Both the position numbers and the translations under genes were made by a program. From the NCBI GenBank assembly GCA_964106915.2, contig OZ066916.1: 64,000 nt of DNA; one strand, 5' to 3'. Positions within the stretch are counted from its first letter, which is position 1, and each line of letters opens with the position of its first letter. Positions 36,785-48,213 of this stretch are shown here, piece after piece. Source of the DNA: Podarcis gaigeae. Its lineage: Eukaryota. Under the pieces are notes generated by a model. It made no database searches, was not told the origin of the DNA, and saw only the letters and a program-made list of their open reading frames with translations.

Positions 36785-38509
36785 TCCATTCTGGGCAAGA
36801 GAATGGAAAGGGGGCCAAAATGGCTGTGAAATGCAATAAGGGATGTCTGTGGACTTAACTGCATGTTATGTTAATAGTATGCAAGGTAATCATGTTGCGG
36901 TTTTCTTAAAAATTAAATATGAGGCCTAAAGGGGAAATAATCATCAGCACTGAAACCCATGGGAAGGTTTAAGACTTCCTTTCCCAGCCATGAGCCGAGT
37001 AAAAATCCTTCCCCAATTAGTCTGGAGGAAGAGGGGGCTTCCCATTGGTGTCACTGAGAGTTTTCTTTCTCCTTTAATGCTAATTAATGCAGTTTTTTTT
37101 ATTAAAAAACCCCTGATATTGTGACTGTTTTTATGCAGTGTGGGCATAGATTTTTATAACGAAGAATAGCACAGGTGTGGGATGAGGGAGAAATTCAATT
37201 TGGTTCACATTTTAATGCAAAACTCCCTAATGTATGTTAGCAAGTCACTAAAAGAACACAGATGGAGTCCAGATAGATGAGAAATCCCAAGAAGTGGTGG
37301 GAAGTGAATGAAAATAGTGCATAGTTCTCTGCTGTGATTGCATCTTGGTTTTCTTCCTTGAATGTGTGGGGACAGGCAAAACAGTTCGATGTAAAATTGT
37401 GTGTAACTCAAAGAAATTCCACAGCAAAGGTGCTTCTTGATCTGTAGCCCTCTTCAAGTGTTTAGCCTAGACATGTGAGGCCAAAAGTGTTTAAAGGGAT
37501 TGCTGCATGTATGTCAGACTCAACCTCTGAATGTGTGGGAAATGTTTGGTTCTTGGTAAGTCCATTGATACTTGCCAAGATCAATTCTAAATGCTGCATA
37601 GATGTAAACCAGATCATTTTATTAGCACCATACTCAACACTAAACACTAGATGGGGAGCCAACACACTGGAAGTTGTGACATCAGTTCATCGGCTGTCTT
37701 CCAAGAGATGTTCTTTTAAATCTTAGTATAAATCAGAAGATAAATCACTAGGCCCTTTATATTGGCAAATGGACTTACTGCTGAATGAGATAAATGAACA
37801 GAGAAGGAAAGATAAGCCAAAAGCCATCTTCACGGTGCAGACCTTTTCTTCCTGATCTGGAATTTCCTGACCTGACAATGATTAGAGGAGATGCAAGAAA
37901 GGCAGCAAGTCTCTGCTCATCTCCAACATTATTTGTCAGCTGGTTTCCAATTTTTATATTTGTTCATTTAATAAATGTAGGCTCAACAGAGCTTCCGGCA
38001 GACATGCATTCGTTTTCAGTTCCTTCCCCCTCCCCACAATTTCCAGTTGTGTTGTCTTAGGCGTAGTCTTCCTCTAATATCTTCTCCCACCTATAATACT
38101 GCACAGAGGGTTCTCCCTTCCCCTTGTGTACCTTCCTGTTTCCCACAGCTGAATGTTGAAGATCCATCTAGGCATTTGCAACGTAAGAGGTAAAAGTTCC
38201 TCTAAACAACCAGCACCCTGGACAACTTCCCAGAAATACTGGGTGGTATCATTAAACCTCCTCACTCCCTGCCCTACTAGATAGAAGTGATGGATTGCTG
38301 TTAGCAAGGAGGGTGAAGAGAAAACATAAAATTCCTTAAAGAGGTGAGACATTGATCTCTTCCATAGAATTGTGTTCTATTTTACAGTGGTTGCCAGTGG
38401 AATCTGTTGGGAATAACCATAGGTAATTGTGCTTTGCCCAAATCCATTGCAGTATGCTTCTATAGGTTTATGTTGCACAATACACAATAATAATGCTGTC
38501 CAGCTGTAG

Positions 38510-38848
38510 CATTTCCGAGCACAATTCAAAGTGTTGGTGCTGACCTTTAAAGCCCTAAATGACCTCAGCCCAGCATACCTGAAAGAGCATCTCCACATCC
38601 ATCGCTTAGCCTGGACACTGAGGTCCTCCGCCGAGGGTCTTCTGCTGGTTCCTTCACTGTGAGAAGCAAAGTTACAGGGAACCAGCAGAGGGCCTTCTTG
38701 GTGGTTGCGCCCTCCCTGTGGAATGCCCTCCCTTCAGATGTCAAGGAAATAAACAACTATCTGACTTTTAGAAGACATCTAAAGTTCAGGGAAGTTTTTA
38801 AGGACTGATGCTTTTATTACGTTTTTAGATATGTTGTAAGCCGCCTCT
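38510..38848 (+). mobile_element. L2-clade LINE 3' fragment (same family as 33692-34130)
   Basis: gcacaattcaaagtgttggtgctgacctttaaagccctaaa...agggccttc...ccctgtggaatgccctccc, the reverse-complement homologue of the 33.7-34.1 kb copy. Confidence 0.9.
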
Positions 38849-38948
38849 GAGAGGGAACAATCAAACCACCCAACTTTGTCTGAAGGGGTGGCAATCACCT
38901 CCACTTACCTTGTGATCTCATTCTTCTCTTGAACTTTCAGGTTCTACA

Positions 38949-39197
38949 TGTCATGAAGTAGTGATCCTGTGAGCAAGTATCGCTGGGTGGGGCCCCTCGG
39001 GCAGGTGTTAACAAGTAGTCCCCAAAGTGGGAGCATGTGATGGGGCTGGCTGGTTGCCAGCATTCCCCAGCCCCTATAAATCTTTGAGTTAACTTGCTGT
39101 GGGAAGTTAACCACACCATGTTTTAGACTTGCTGTTTGATGTTCTATAGCTGGTGTCAGAGAAGAAGCCAATAAAGCCTGGTAACTTGGTCGGTGCC

Positions 39198-39268
<71 letters not shown>

Positions 39269-39309
39269 CCTTGGAGGGAGGACTCAGGAAAGCAACCCGC
39301 TCCTTGACA
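38949..39309 (+). mobile_element. Solo LTR (LTR retrotransposon/ERV)
   Basis: TGTCA...TGACA termini, perfect 5-bp TSD CTACA, TATAAA at 39075, AATAAA at 39170, internal (GT)n(GA)n. Confidence 0.85.
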
Positions 39310-39457
39310 CTACATGCCCTGTAAGTGGTCTCTGTGTGTCCCATCAGTATTAGAGACAATTACCATATTCAAGTGGTAAATGTACACATAGTTTGGATCC
39401 AAAGAAGCATGAATAATACTCTGTTCACACTATGGGGCTTTCTGGCATCTCTGTCTC

Positions 39458-39461
<4 letters not shown>

Positions 39462-39495
<34 letters not shown>
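39462..39495. repeat. (CT)n microsatellite
   Basis: Seen directly. Confidence 0.95.
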
Positions 39496-39498
<3 letters not shown>

Positions 39499-40155
39499 GC
39501 AGCCTTCAAAGGCTACTCCTGAAGACTGAGGGAGTCTCTGGAGCAACTTGGGGTGGGGCCTGAGGGACCTGCAGCAGAACTGGGGAATAACAAAATGGAG
39601 GGGGAGCTGGTTTGCGAAAACAGAAGTGACTTTCCGCTCATGCAAGGCATTTGGATCCAAGCCCACATATATACAATATTGGTTAACCCCTGAAGATGTA
39701 GTATTTACAGTAGGAATATCACTTGAGAACATGCAGTGAATTAACGGATGTCTTATGGACAGTGTAAGGTTATAAAACAAGAACATGGAGCAATTTTAGG
39801 CAACAGTCTGCAAACAGAAGAAAGGTAAAAATGGCTGACCCTTTGAAATTTCATTTGCTCAATGGCCAAGATAGATACTTGGGATTAATATATTTCTAAT
39901 CACTGAAGAGCTGACAAATTAATGGAGGATAAAGCTATCAATGGCCACTATAGGAGAACCATCTGGGCAAATAATAAAACCTGTTCCATATTGTCTGAAG
40001 GCTTGGAATAAGTTTAGATATAATCTGAGCCTGTATATCTTTCCATTTTCATCAATCAAAGTTCAATTCCAATTATATGGGGTTTTGAGTATTACAATTT
40101 TGAAATATTTTTAAAATGATTCATTATCTTTTTACTCTTTATGTTTCTATTGCAG

Positions 40156-40222
40156 GTAAAGAGGATGTTGCAGAAGAGGTTTTCTCCCCAGGATTCAGAC
40201 GAGAAAGGAAGAAGACTCAGAG
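40156..40222 (+). CDS. Candidate internal exon (67 nt) of an unidentified large-intron gene, GC donor
   Basis: Long pyrimidine tract ttatctttttactctttatgtttctattgcag, purine-rich body with GAAGA-type motifs, donor AG|GCAAGT; open frames KEDVAEEVFSPGFRRERKKTQ or VKRMLQKRFSPQDSDEKGRRLR. Confidence 0.5.
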
Positions 40223-40657
40223 GCAAGTAAAGCAAATCAGCACATTTATATTGCTAATCAATAAATAATAGTATTTTGATGCCTGGGCCTGTTGCAAGAG
40301 CACCTGATGGAAAAGCTGAGACCTCATACAAGCCAAGCTTTGAAGCTTCCCATGTGCATTGCGTCAGCTGAGTCAATCTCTGAACTACTTCCTTGGTCTT
40401 TAGGGACAGCGTTTCCTGATCTCTGTGGCTTCCCAAGTCACATAGCTGGGCAAAGCACATATAACCACAATTGTTGTGGCCAAACAAAAAAGCTTAACTG
40501 ACTGACTATTCTACTGTGCTTATTTTGTGGTGCTTTTCTTCTTTGAATCTGCATCCTGTCTGCAATGTTTACTTAGCCCTGGGATTGTCATTCTCCCCCC
40601 GCAAAAAAAAAACCCCTTTCCTTTCTGAACAAGTTTCTGAAGCTTTTTCATACAGAG

Positions 40658-40836
40658 GGACATAGGAAACTGCATAATACTGAGTCAGACCATTAGTCCA
40701 TCTATTGTCTGCACTGACTGGCAGCAGCTGTCCAGGATTTCAGACAGGGTTCACTCCCAGCTGTACCTTAGATGTCAGGGATTGGAGCAGGGTCCTTCTG
40801 CATAAACACAAGATGCTCTGCTGCTGAGCTATGGAC
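40658..40836 (-). mobile_element. tRNA-derived SINE (Squam2-like)
   Basis: Minus strand ccatagctcagcagcagagcatct...gcagaaggaccctgctccaatccctgacatct, tail atggactaatggtctgactcagtattatgcagtttcctatgt. Confidence 0.75.
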
Positions 40837-40935
40837 AAAGCGAGACCATTGATTCATCTAAGTCCAGTACTTCCTCCAAGTGGCGGTGGCAGCTCTCTAA
40901 GAACTGAGCAGAAATCTCCCCAGAAATACTGTGTA

Positions 40936-41141
40936 CAGTGGTACCTCAGGTTACATACGGTTCAGGTTGCATACACTTCAGGTTACAGCCTCCGCTAACC
41001 CAGAAATACTGCTTCAGGTTAAGAACTTTCCTTCAGGATGAGAACAGAAATTGTTCTCTGGTGGTGCGGCAGCAGCAGCAGGAGGCCCCATTAGCTAAAG
41101 TGGTGCTTCAGGTTAAGAACAGTTTCAGGTTAAGTACGGAC
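40936..41141. mobile_element. Tc1/mariner MITE, copy 5 (right TIR missing)
   Basis: TA-CAGTGGTACCTCAGG start; homology stops at ttaagtacggac. Confidence 0.85.
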
Positions 41142-42712
41142 AGTGTGGGGGTAAGCAGAGCTTGTGAGGGGCAGTACCTGCTCAGCCAATTCTCACTTGC
41201 TATTCCTGCTCATAAGGTTTCCCCTGCCCTGACATCGAGACATCTCTGATCACCGTTAACAACTCAGATGTTTGATGTACCAGACAAATCAAGTGTAACT
41301 TGAAAGAAGTACAAAATGCTCTCCCCCTTTTTTAGAATCTTACTCAAAAGAAGTGAGTGGAGGAAATGTATAAGTTCACCATCAGAAGGCAGAGAAGGGG
41401 TAGCCATCTGGAAGCAGAAATGGTTGGTGGTGTTTCACCGTCACCCATGAAGCCCATCTCAGAGGTTAGTTATGCATGGCCCTGTAGATGTTCGCTGTAC
41501 AGATGGTACATGACGCATTGAAAAAAACTAACACAAAGCAGCTGCCTGAGCATAAACAGACTCTTTGAGTGATTGTTCCTTTTCCCTGGGGAAAGGGCAT
41601 GTTTGTCCTGGTTGGCATGGTCACAGTCTTCTCAGTGGCAATACCAATAGGACTGAGCAGCACATGTTCTGTTCTGCCATTGGCCCTATCTCTTCCCCTT
41701 CCTTTGCTGCTGCTGAATTGTGTCAGAAGTAGAAGTAGTGTGGATTGAGGGATGCAGACAAGGCATGTGGAATCTGTGGGCACATTCCAGCTAAACACTA
41801 TGTATTGATTTCAATGGGAAAGCAAGGCACCTGCTTAATGGTTTCTCATTGAAATTGTGCTGAATTGTGTGCCCTTACATGCACATCTAAAGGCTCCAAT
41901 GTATGGGGAACATAACAATTCTGAGTATAATAGCATTGGTGGAATTTGTATTTGAATCACCTGCATTGGAATATTATTTATGAGAAAATGAAAGCGCAGT
42001 GAAAATGTTTCCTGCCTGCTGTTACCCAGAAGGTGTAGGGAGATGGGAACAAAAATGAGAAAACAAACCACCTCAGTAAATGGGTTTGGAGATTCAGAAA
42101 CTGAAATGAAAAAACCAAATTAATGGCAGTTTGTAGATGATCCAGCTATAACTGGACATCAACAGGAACACTTGGCTGCACATGTAGCACTATACCCCTG
42201 GGAAAATGTGGCTGTGAGTATCGTGTCAAAGAATGGTATATATTGCCTTCTGGGTAATATACTCCTGGCAGGATTTCTCTTCCTCTGTGAAGGGAAATCA
42301 TGTTACCAAAAGTTCAAAGCTGCCAGTTATGAAAATGTCAACACAGTTCACAACTGGCACATGACAGATTTCAACCTCTTAAAATAAACGTACAGGTTAT
42401 ATTATGAACTCTGAAAATACATATGAACAGTAAAAGTACTGCTGCAGCAAACATACGATAGGTAGTGACCTAGGAAAAATGTCTGCTCTAATGCTTTAAC
42501 TAAAGAATTTAAATGTGCAAAAGTCATTAAACTGTTTGGTTTTTAAAAAATCTATTTTAGGACGAATTCTCAGTTCTTATATCTATCATATAGTTTCTTA
42601 TGGTTCCATTCAGAGAATTCCCAGATTGGTCTCTATCCAAAAGCATATTTAATACTTGGACTGTACTGAATTCTGTCCCATGTGGATCTTTTGGCCAAAA
42701 ATAGCCATGTCT

Positions 42713-42715
<3 letters not shown>

Positions 42716-42754
<39 letters not shown>
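42716..42754. repeat. (CT)n microsatellite
   Basis: Seen directly. Confidence 0.95.
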
Positions 42755-42756
<2 letters not shown>

Positions 42757-43062
42757 GCACATGCAAAACTATATCCAGAAAGTCCTTTGGTTGCAAGAAT
42801 ATTTACTTTTAAAAAATCTTGCCTGGTGTTCCAGTTGCTGCTGCATTATTCCCCACCTTCCAGTTACTGTTTCTATTGGCTTCCTGGCTGTAGCCACTGG
42901 CAGGTAGCAGTGTTTGTCTTCTACCTTCACAATTAGTCACATGACAGGTACTAGCCAATAGGCATCATATAGTGAATGCAACAATACATCACTAAGTAGC
43001 CAACCAGATTTGGTTAATATGATGACATGACAAAAGATAAAGGCAAGGCTTTTGCCTTCATG

Positions 43063-43268
43063 CAGAGCTTTCCAAACTTTTCATGTTGGTGACATACTTT
43101 TTAGACATGCGTCATTTCGTGACACAGTAATTCAGTTTTACTGACAAACCAGAGGTTAAACTAACCCCTTTCCAGTCCCGGGAGGAACGTGGAGAATGTT
43201 CACACCACACGCCTACACACCGCAGCCAACACACTAACGTGTCATGACACAGAGTTTGGAAAGCTTTG
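43063..43268. mobile_element. hAT non-autonomous element
   Basis: TIR cagagctttccaaact/agtttggaaagctttg, 8-bp TSD ccttcatg/ccttaatg. Confidence 0.88.
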
Positions 43269-43335
43269 CCTTAATGTGTAAGGGCAATGATTTATGGATC
43301 CATCGGATCAGTTCCAAACCAGTCAGACCCACTCA

Positions 43336-43490
43336 GGCTGCATATGAAGAATACATTTAAAGGACCCCCTTCCAATAATCCCGGAAAATGTAGCTTGCTA
43401 AGGGTACTGGGAATTGGAACTCTGTGGGGGTAGACTATAGTTCCCAGAAATTGGGGGTTTGTGCTTTTAATGTATGGTGTGTACACAGCT
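43336..43490. mobile_element. Old palindromic MITE
   Basis: ggctgcatat...atacatttaaagg versus gcttttaatgtat...gtacacagc imperfect inverted ends. Confidence 0.5.
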
Positions 43491-45764
43491 ACCGTGAATG
43501 AGCGAGAGCTACACTTCATTTAATTCTTCATTTCAAAAGACTCTGTCCTGATTTGGTGTTTTTTTTTTTTAAAAAAACCAAGCATTTATTAATATAAATT
43601 AATTTTGTACTTTTTGTGTTGGTTTTAGTGATGGAGTAAGAATGCCTTCCGATATTTCAGGGCCTACAGACAGATCATTAGTGCCCCAACAGATATCTTG
43701 TCTGGATTAAGTTTCAATTTATTTACATTGACATTTGTTGTATAAATTTCCTAGGCTCCCTGGGATTAGATAGAAATGAGAGATAAGAGCTAGGTATCAT
43801 CATCGGGATGATGCCATCCCATCCCAAATCTCTGAATGACTTCAACCGCTTGTTAGATGGGAGACAAAAAAGGGTGACTTTCTGAGGCACCTCATAAATC
43901 AAAAGGCTACCAGATAATATTGATCTTTTAGCGTCTAATAAACGGAGAATTTTTTCCCATCAAAAACTTTTGAAAGAGTATTTTCTTAGCGTTTGCACAA
44001 AATTCACAGGTTTTCAGTCCTCTGAAACAGGGTAGACTGACATTTTAAACATTAGATTAATGGTCTATTCCCAGTGGTGTGGGATAAAGTGTTTCCTTTT
44101 CCTATCATTCCGATAATTAATACATTGATACATCACAACACACCCGTACTTAATACTGCAGCACAGTTTCTTTTGCTGTGCCCTCTTTATTCTCCTCCAT
44201 TCTCTCTTCTTTAATTTCCTTTCTGGTTATGGTACAGGCCCAAGTCCTACATCTCAGTCGTATGCTTTCCACAAAGATCCTGTTCATCACTGCTAACTTC
44301 ATGACATGGGCAAGCTGTCTTCAACCCTGACCTCTAATTCACACTGTAACCTTGAGACTCTCTGATTGCCTCAGTACCAAACTAATCTTCCTCCCATGTT
44401 CCTTACATGACCCCTATGGCGATCCTCCTGTCACAGTTTAGACATCCAAAACTCTAACCTTATTGGACCTTTCTGGTTGAGTTGGATTCCATCTCTACCT
44501 GCCTCTAGACCACTAGTTCTCAAAGTTTCCTGATCCATGACCTACTTTTAAGCCCAAATAGGAGCCGTTTCATTTTTTGTCACCTTATGCTTATTTTTCT
44601 GTTCTTTTTTGGGCCCCACTCATTCACTGGCCACTGTTACACATCCACATTCCTTATTCCCTGACTTTAAATGAAATGGGGGAGAAGTTAGATTAGTGAA
44701 ATGGAATGAAAGATATATCAAAGCATCTTTTGGATAATATCCCGTCCATGCACTTCAGACAAAGATGTCAAAATCGGGAAGAAGGGTTGTGCTGGGTTGA
44801 GAACCAATGAAATAAAAGATTATGAGGCTGTTTCATGCAGTATTAAAACTGATTATTCAAGTAAATTCTTCAATAATTGCCTTCGAAGAGTTCTTATCCA
44901 GATGTAATAAATTTGCGCTCTCCTTGTATCTCATAAAATCTCTGGACTGTGTTGACAACAGTTCTAATATGGCTTAACAGAAAGAAGGGAACAGAATAAA
45001 AATTGCCACAATGAAAGTTTATTCCTAGCTAATGAACTACAGTGGATGCATTTAACCATTTAAAATGATTTTAACTTTTAACAAATTATGAAAACATGGG
45101 TTATTTTTTATTTATTTCACATGAGTCATTTATGTTGCCTCAAGGCAGGTAGAGATAAACTTTTTAATGCAATTCTATTAAAGTTTGGTCTTTTTCTCTT
45201 TTGCTTCTCATAATTTCCATTTGCCCTAATAAAAACCTTTATTTGCTTCATCTGCCTTTCTAGCTGCAATCTTATGCTCCCTGAGAGGGGTTCCCAGAGA
45301 CCCTAAGGTTTTTTTGGAAATCCTGCTCTCCAGGGTCAGTGAGAAGTCCAGCCTAGGAGAAAGAGATCTGACCTTATACCTCTTTGAGGTTGTAGAAAGG
45401 TATGCAGATAGTTCTCTTCTGATGGTGGAGGCATCCATGGGGGTGTGCTGGGAGATTCTGTGGATCCATAGGATCCCAAACTTTCCTGTTCTCTAGGCAC
45501 CACCATTCCCATGAGAATTGGGAACAACCTTACTAGCCCTGGAGTTGGCATATTTTATCTCTTTTTGAAATCAGTGGGAAATAAGCTTTTCTTAGAAAGT
45601 CAAAGCCCCCTGAACAATGAACGAAGGGAGGCCTCACCACATCCTCTGTCCTGCCAGCATAAGCTGGCATCGTTCCTCCACCTTTGCTTCTCCCTCCTGC
45701 TCCAGAACTCCACGGGATCACTCTTGCCCAAGAAGTAATTTGAATTCTTCCAGTTCAACACTCA

Positions 45765-45870
45765 AGAAACTGTGGCCCTCCAGAGTTTGCTGGATTGCAA
45801 CTCCCACCACCCCGATCAATTTTTGTGCTGGCTGGGGCTGATTGGAGTTGGAATCCAACAACTTCTGTAC
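45765..45870. mobile_element. URR1-like MITE remnant
   Basis: ccctccagagtttgctggattgcaactccc...ggagttggaatccaacaacttctg. Confidence 0.55.
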
Positions 45871-46009
45871 TCCCAACAACTTCTGGTCTTTTACCTTCTC
45901 ATGGTAAAAACATTATTATTGTTTTTGTTTATTGTAACATTTCACTAAGAAGCTTAGGGTGGCATGCATAGGGTAAACAGAGAGTGGTCAGCAACAGCCA
46001 GCAGGGATC

Positions 46010-46500
46010 AATCTTCTTTTATTTTTTAATTAATTTTCTTTTCTCTCATTACAAATATACTTATAACATACAGCTTACATCACATCCCTCCCTCCTCCCT
46101 TTTGGACTTCCCACAACTTCCATTTTTGATTTATTAACCTCATTTGTATATTCTGCTGTTTTCTACAAATATCATATTTTTCCTTTTATTACATTATCTG
46201 TTTCCTATCCATAAAGTTGTAAATGTTTATTTAGATCCATCAGGTCAATATTCTCTCTTTGTTTCTGCAAATATAATATAAAAGGTTCCCACTCTTTTTC
46301 AAAATCCCTATTGTCCCTTTCCTGAAGTCTGTGTGTCAGCTTCACCAATTCCGTACAACTCATCAGTTCTTCTTGCCATTGTTCTTTTGTTGGAATTTCT
46401 CCAGTCTTCCAATTCTGTGCTAACAGTATTCTCGCTGCTGCCGCCGCCACTTACATAAATAGTGTCCTTTTCTCTTTTGGCAGGTTTTGCCGTAGGGATC
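46010..46500 (-). mobile_element. L1-clade LINE 3' end
   Basis: AARILLAQNWKTGEIPTKEQWQEEL...EL.KLT...FEKEWEPFILYL matches the non-mammalian L1 ORF2 C-terminus; A-rich tail on the minus strand near 46015-46040. Confidence 0.85.
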
Positions 46501-47832
46501 AATTTTCTTCTAGTCCAGATTTCTCAAGAAATGGGGGCAGAGGACCATCCATCTATATGTCACCTGGTTATTCTTAGGGGAATGGCAGGATAATCCGATC
46601 AATCAGCCTTCCATTTCTTATCTATCAATTTCAAAGAGATGTGTAAATATAAATGCAAAAACACAGAAATAATAGGTTGGTATTTTTGCTGGGATCAGCA
46701 ATTAAGAATGGCAAAACCATATGACTGCAAGTGGATTCCAAGAACAGAAATCTGTGTTTATGTGAAATTCATCAGGAAATGAACAAAGAGACAAAAGCTT
46801 TTCTTATAATATTGGCTGTCCTGAAACACAGTGAAGTGCAATTCCAGATTACCCTTCATACCCTTTATTTAACCCTTGTGAATTAGATTTAAAAAGAGGG
46901 AGGGGTGGATTGTTTGTCAAGTGGATTGTTTTAACTTTGCAGACTGGCTTCTTTTGCAAGTCAATAAAATAAACTTGCATCTTCCTTCTAGAGGGGAAAT
47001 TCCCTTTTTCCTCAGACTGTCATACCTTTACCAAATGTGTGTAGATTTATACCTACCTTGCATTCTTAGTAGGGCAAGTAGTGACCAGTAATCTAATTAA
47101 AATGTCAAAGTGAGCAGTCCATTGTGTATATTCAGCTAGGCTGTGAAGAGAAGCCAATTCTGTTTGTTCCCTTATGAGGAGCTTTCATCACATACTTCCT
47201 TCCAAAGTAATTCCATTTGTTGGCTAGTAACCTTGCAGAAGAGAAAACAATTACAACCAAAGAATCACTTCTGTGTCCTGGCTGGTCTATTTATCTCTTT
47301 GTAACAGGGTTATACGTCTGTCATTTCATCAGATAGTTTCCATCATAGTTGGACCTTCTTGATAGACATGTTTTGTGCATGTGTCCTTCTAAATTGCACC
47401 CTTTACACACACACTCCATTCCACTCTACTCCACCAGATTATCGCCGCCATGTGGGAAACATTTTATCGGTGTGTTCCTCAAACTATCCAGCAAGAGAGG
47501 AGTAGTAAAAACATCTGAAAAATAATACTTCAAGTACTTTTGGAATTCAAGCAGTGCATTGCAGCCTGAGGCTGGGACTCACATAGTCAGCCACTAGTTA
47601 TCAGATGTGGGTGGGTAATCAAGTTACACGAAAACATACTGCGTGCATATCTGTGAAAAATTGCCTTTCGATTGCAGCTCATCCTCACTCAGGGAAGTTT
47701 CTAACTAGAAAATTGTGAGGGCTGGGCATATAAGCACCAAAAGTGTGTTCAATCAAATTTTTTACAATTATTAGATACTAACATCCATTCAGTCTCCCTT
47801 TTGTTTTATCTCATAAAGGCTCGTTCACAAAT

Positions 47833-48213
47833 AGGGTTGAGAGAACCCATCAATTGTGGCTTCTCTCAGCTTCTCATTTATACAACCTTAAATTTGGTTC
47901 TCTGCATTTCCACATCAGTTTGCATTTTTTAAAGAAAAAAACCTAATAAATATTCATCAGCATTTTAGTGTGAATTTATTCTAGCAAACATGTTTTTGCA
48001 GAGCAATTTCCCCTACTGCAATGCATTTTTGTTATTTTCACCAGTGCACACATTACCACAGTATATGCATTTTTGTGCACATTACTTGGGTGGGGAATGG
48101 CACTGCAATTTTGGAGAAGTGTGAATTTTGAATGATAGCCGTGTTTCGGTTTGCATATTGTTTCAGAACTGAATGTGAACTGAATGGAGTATCCCCTCTG
48201 TCCCTGCATCCCT
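47833..48213. mobile_element. Old non-autonomous DNA transposon (hAT-like, TAGGG termini)
   Basis: Starts tagggttgag, ends catccct; interior is the reverse-complement homologue of 50825-51207. Confidence 0.6.
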
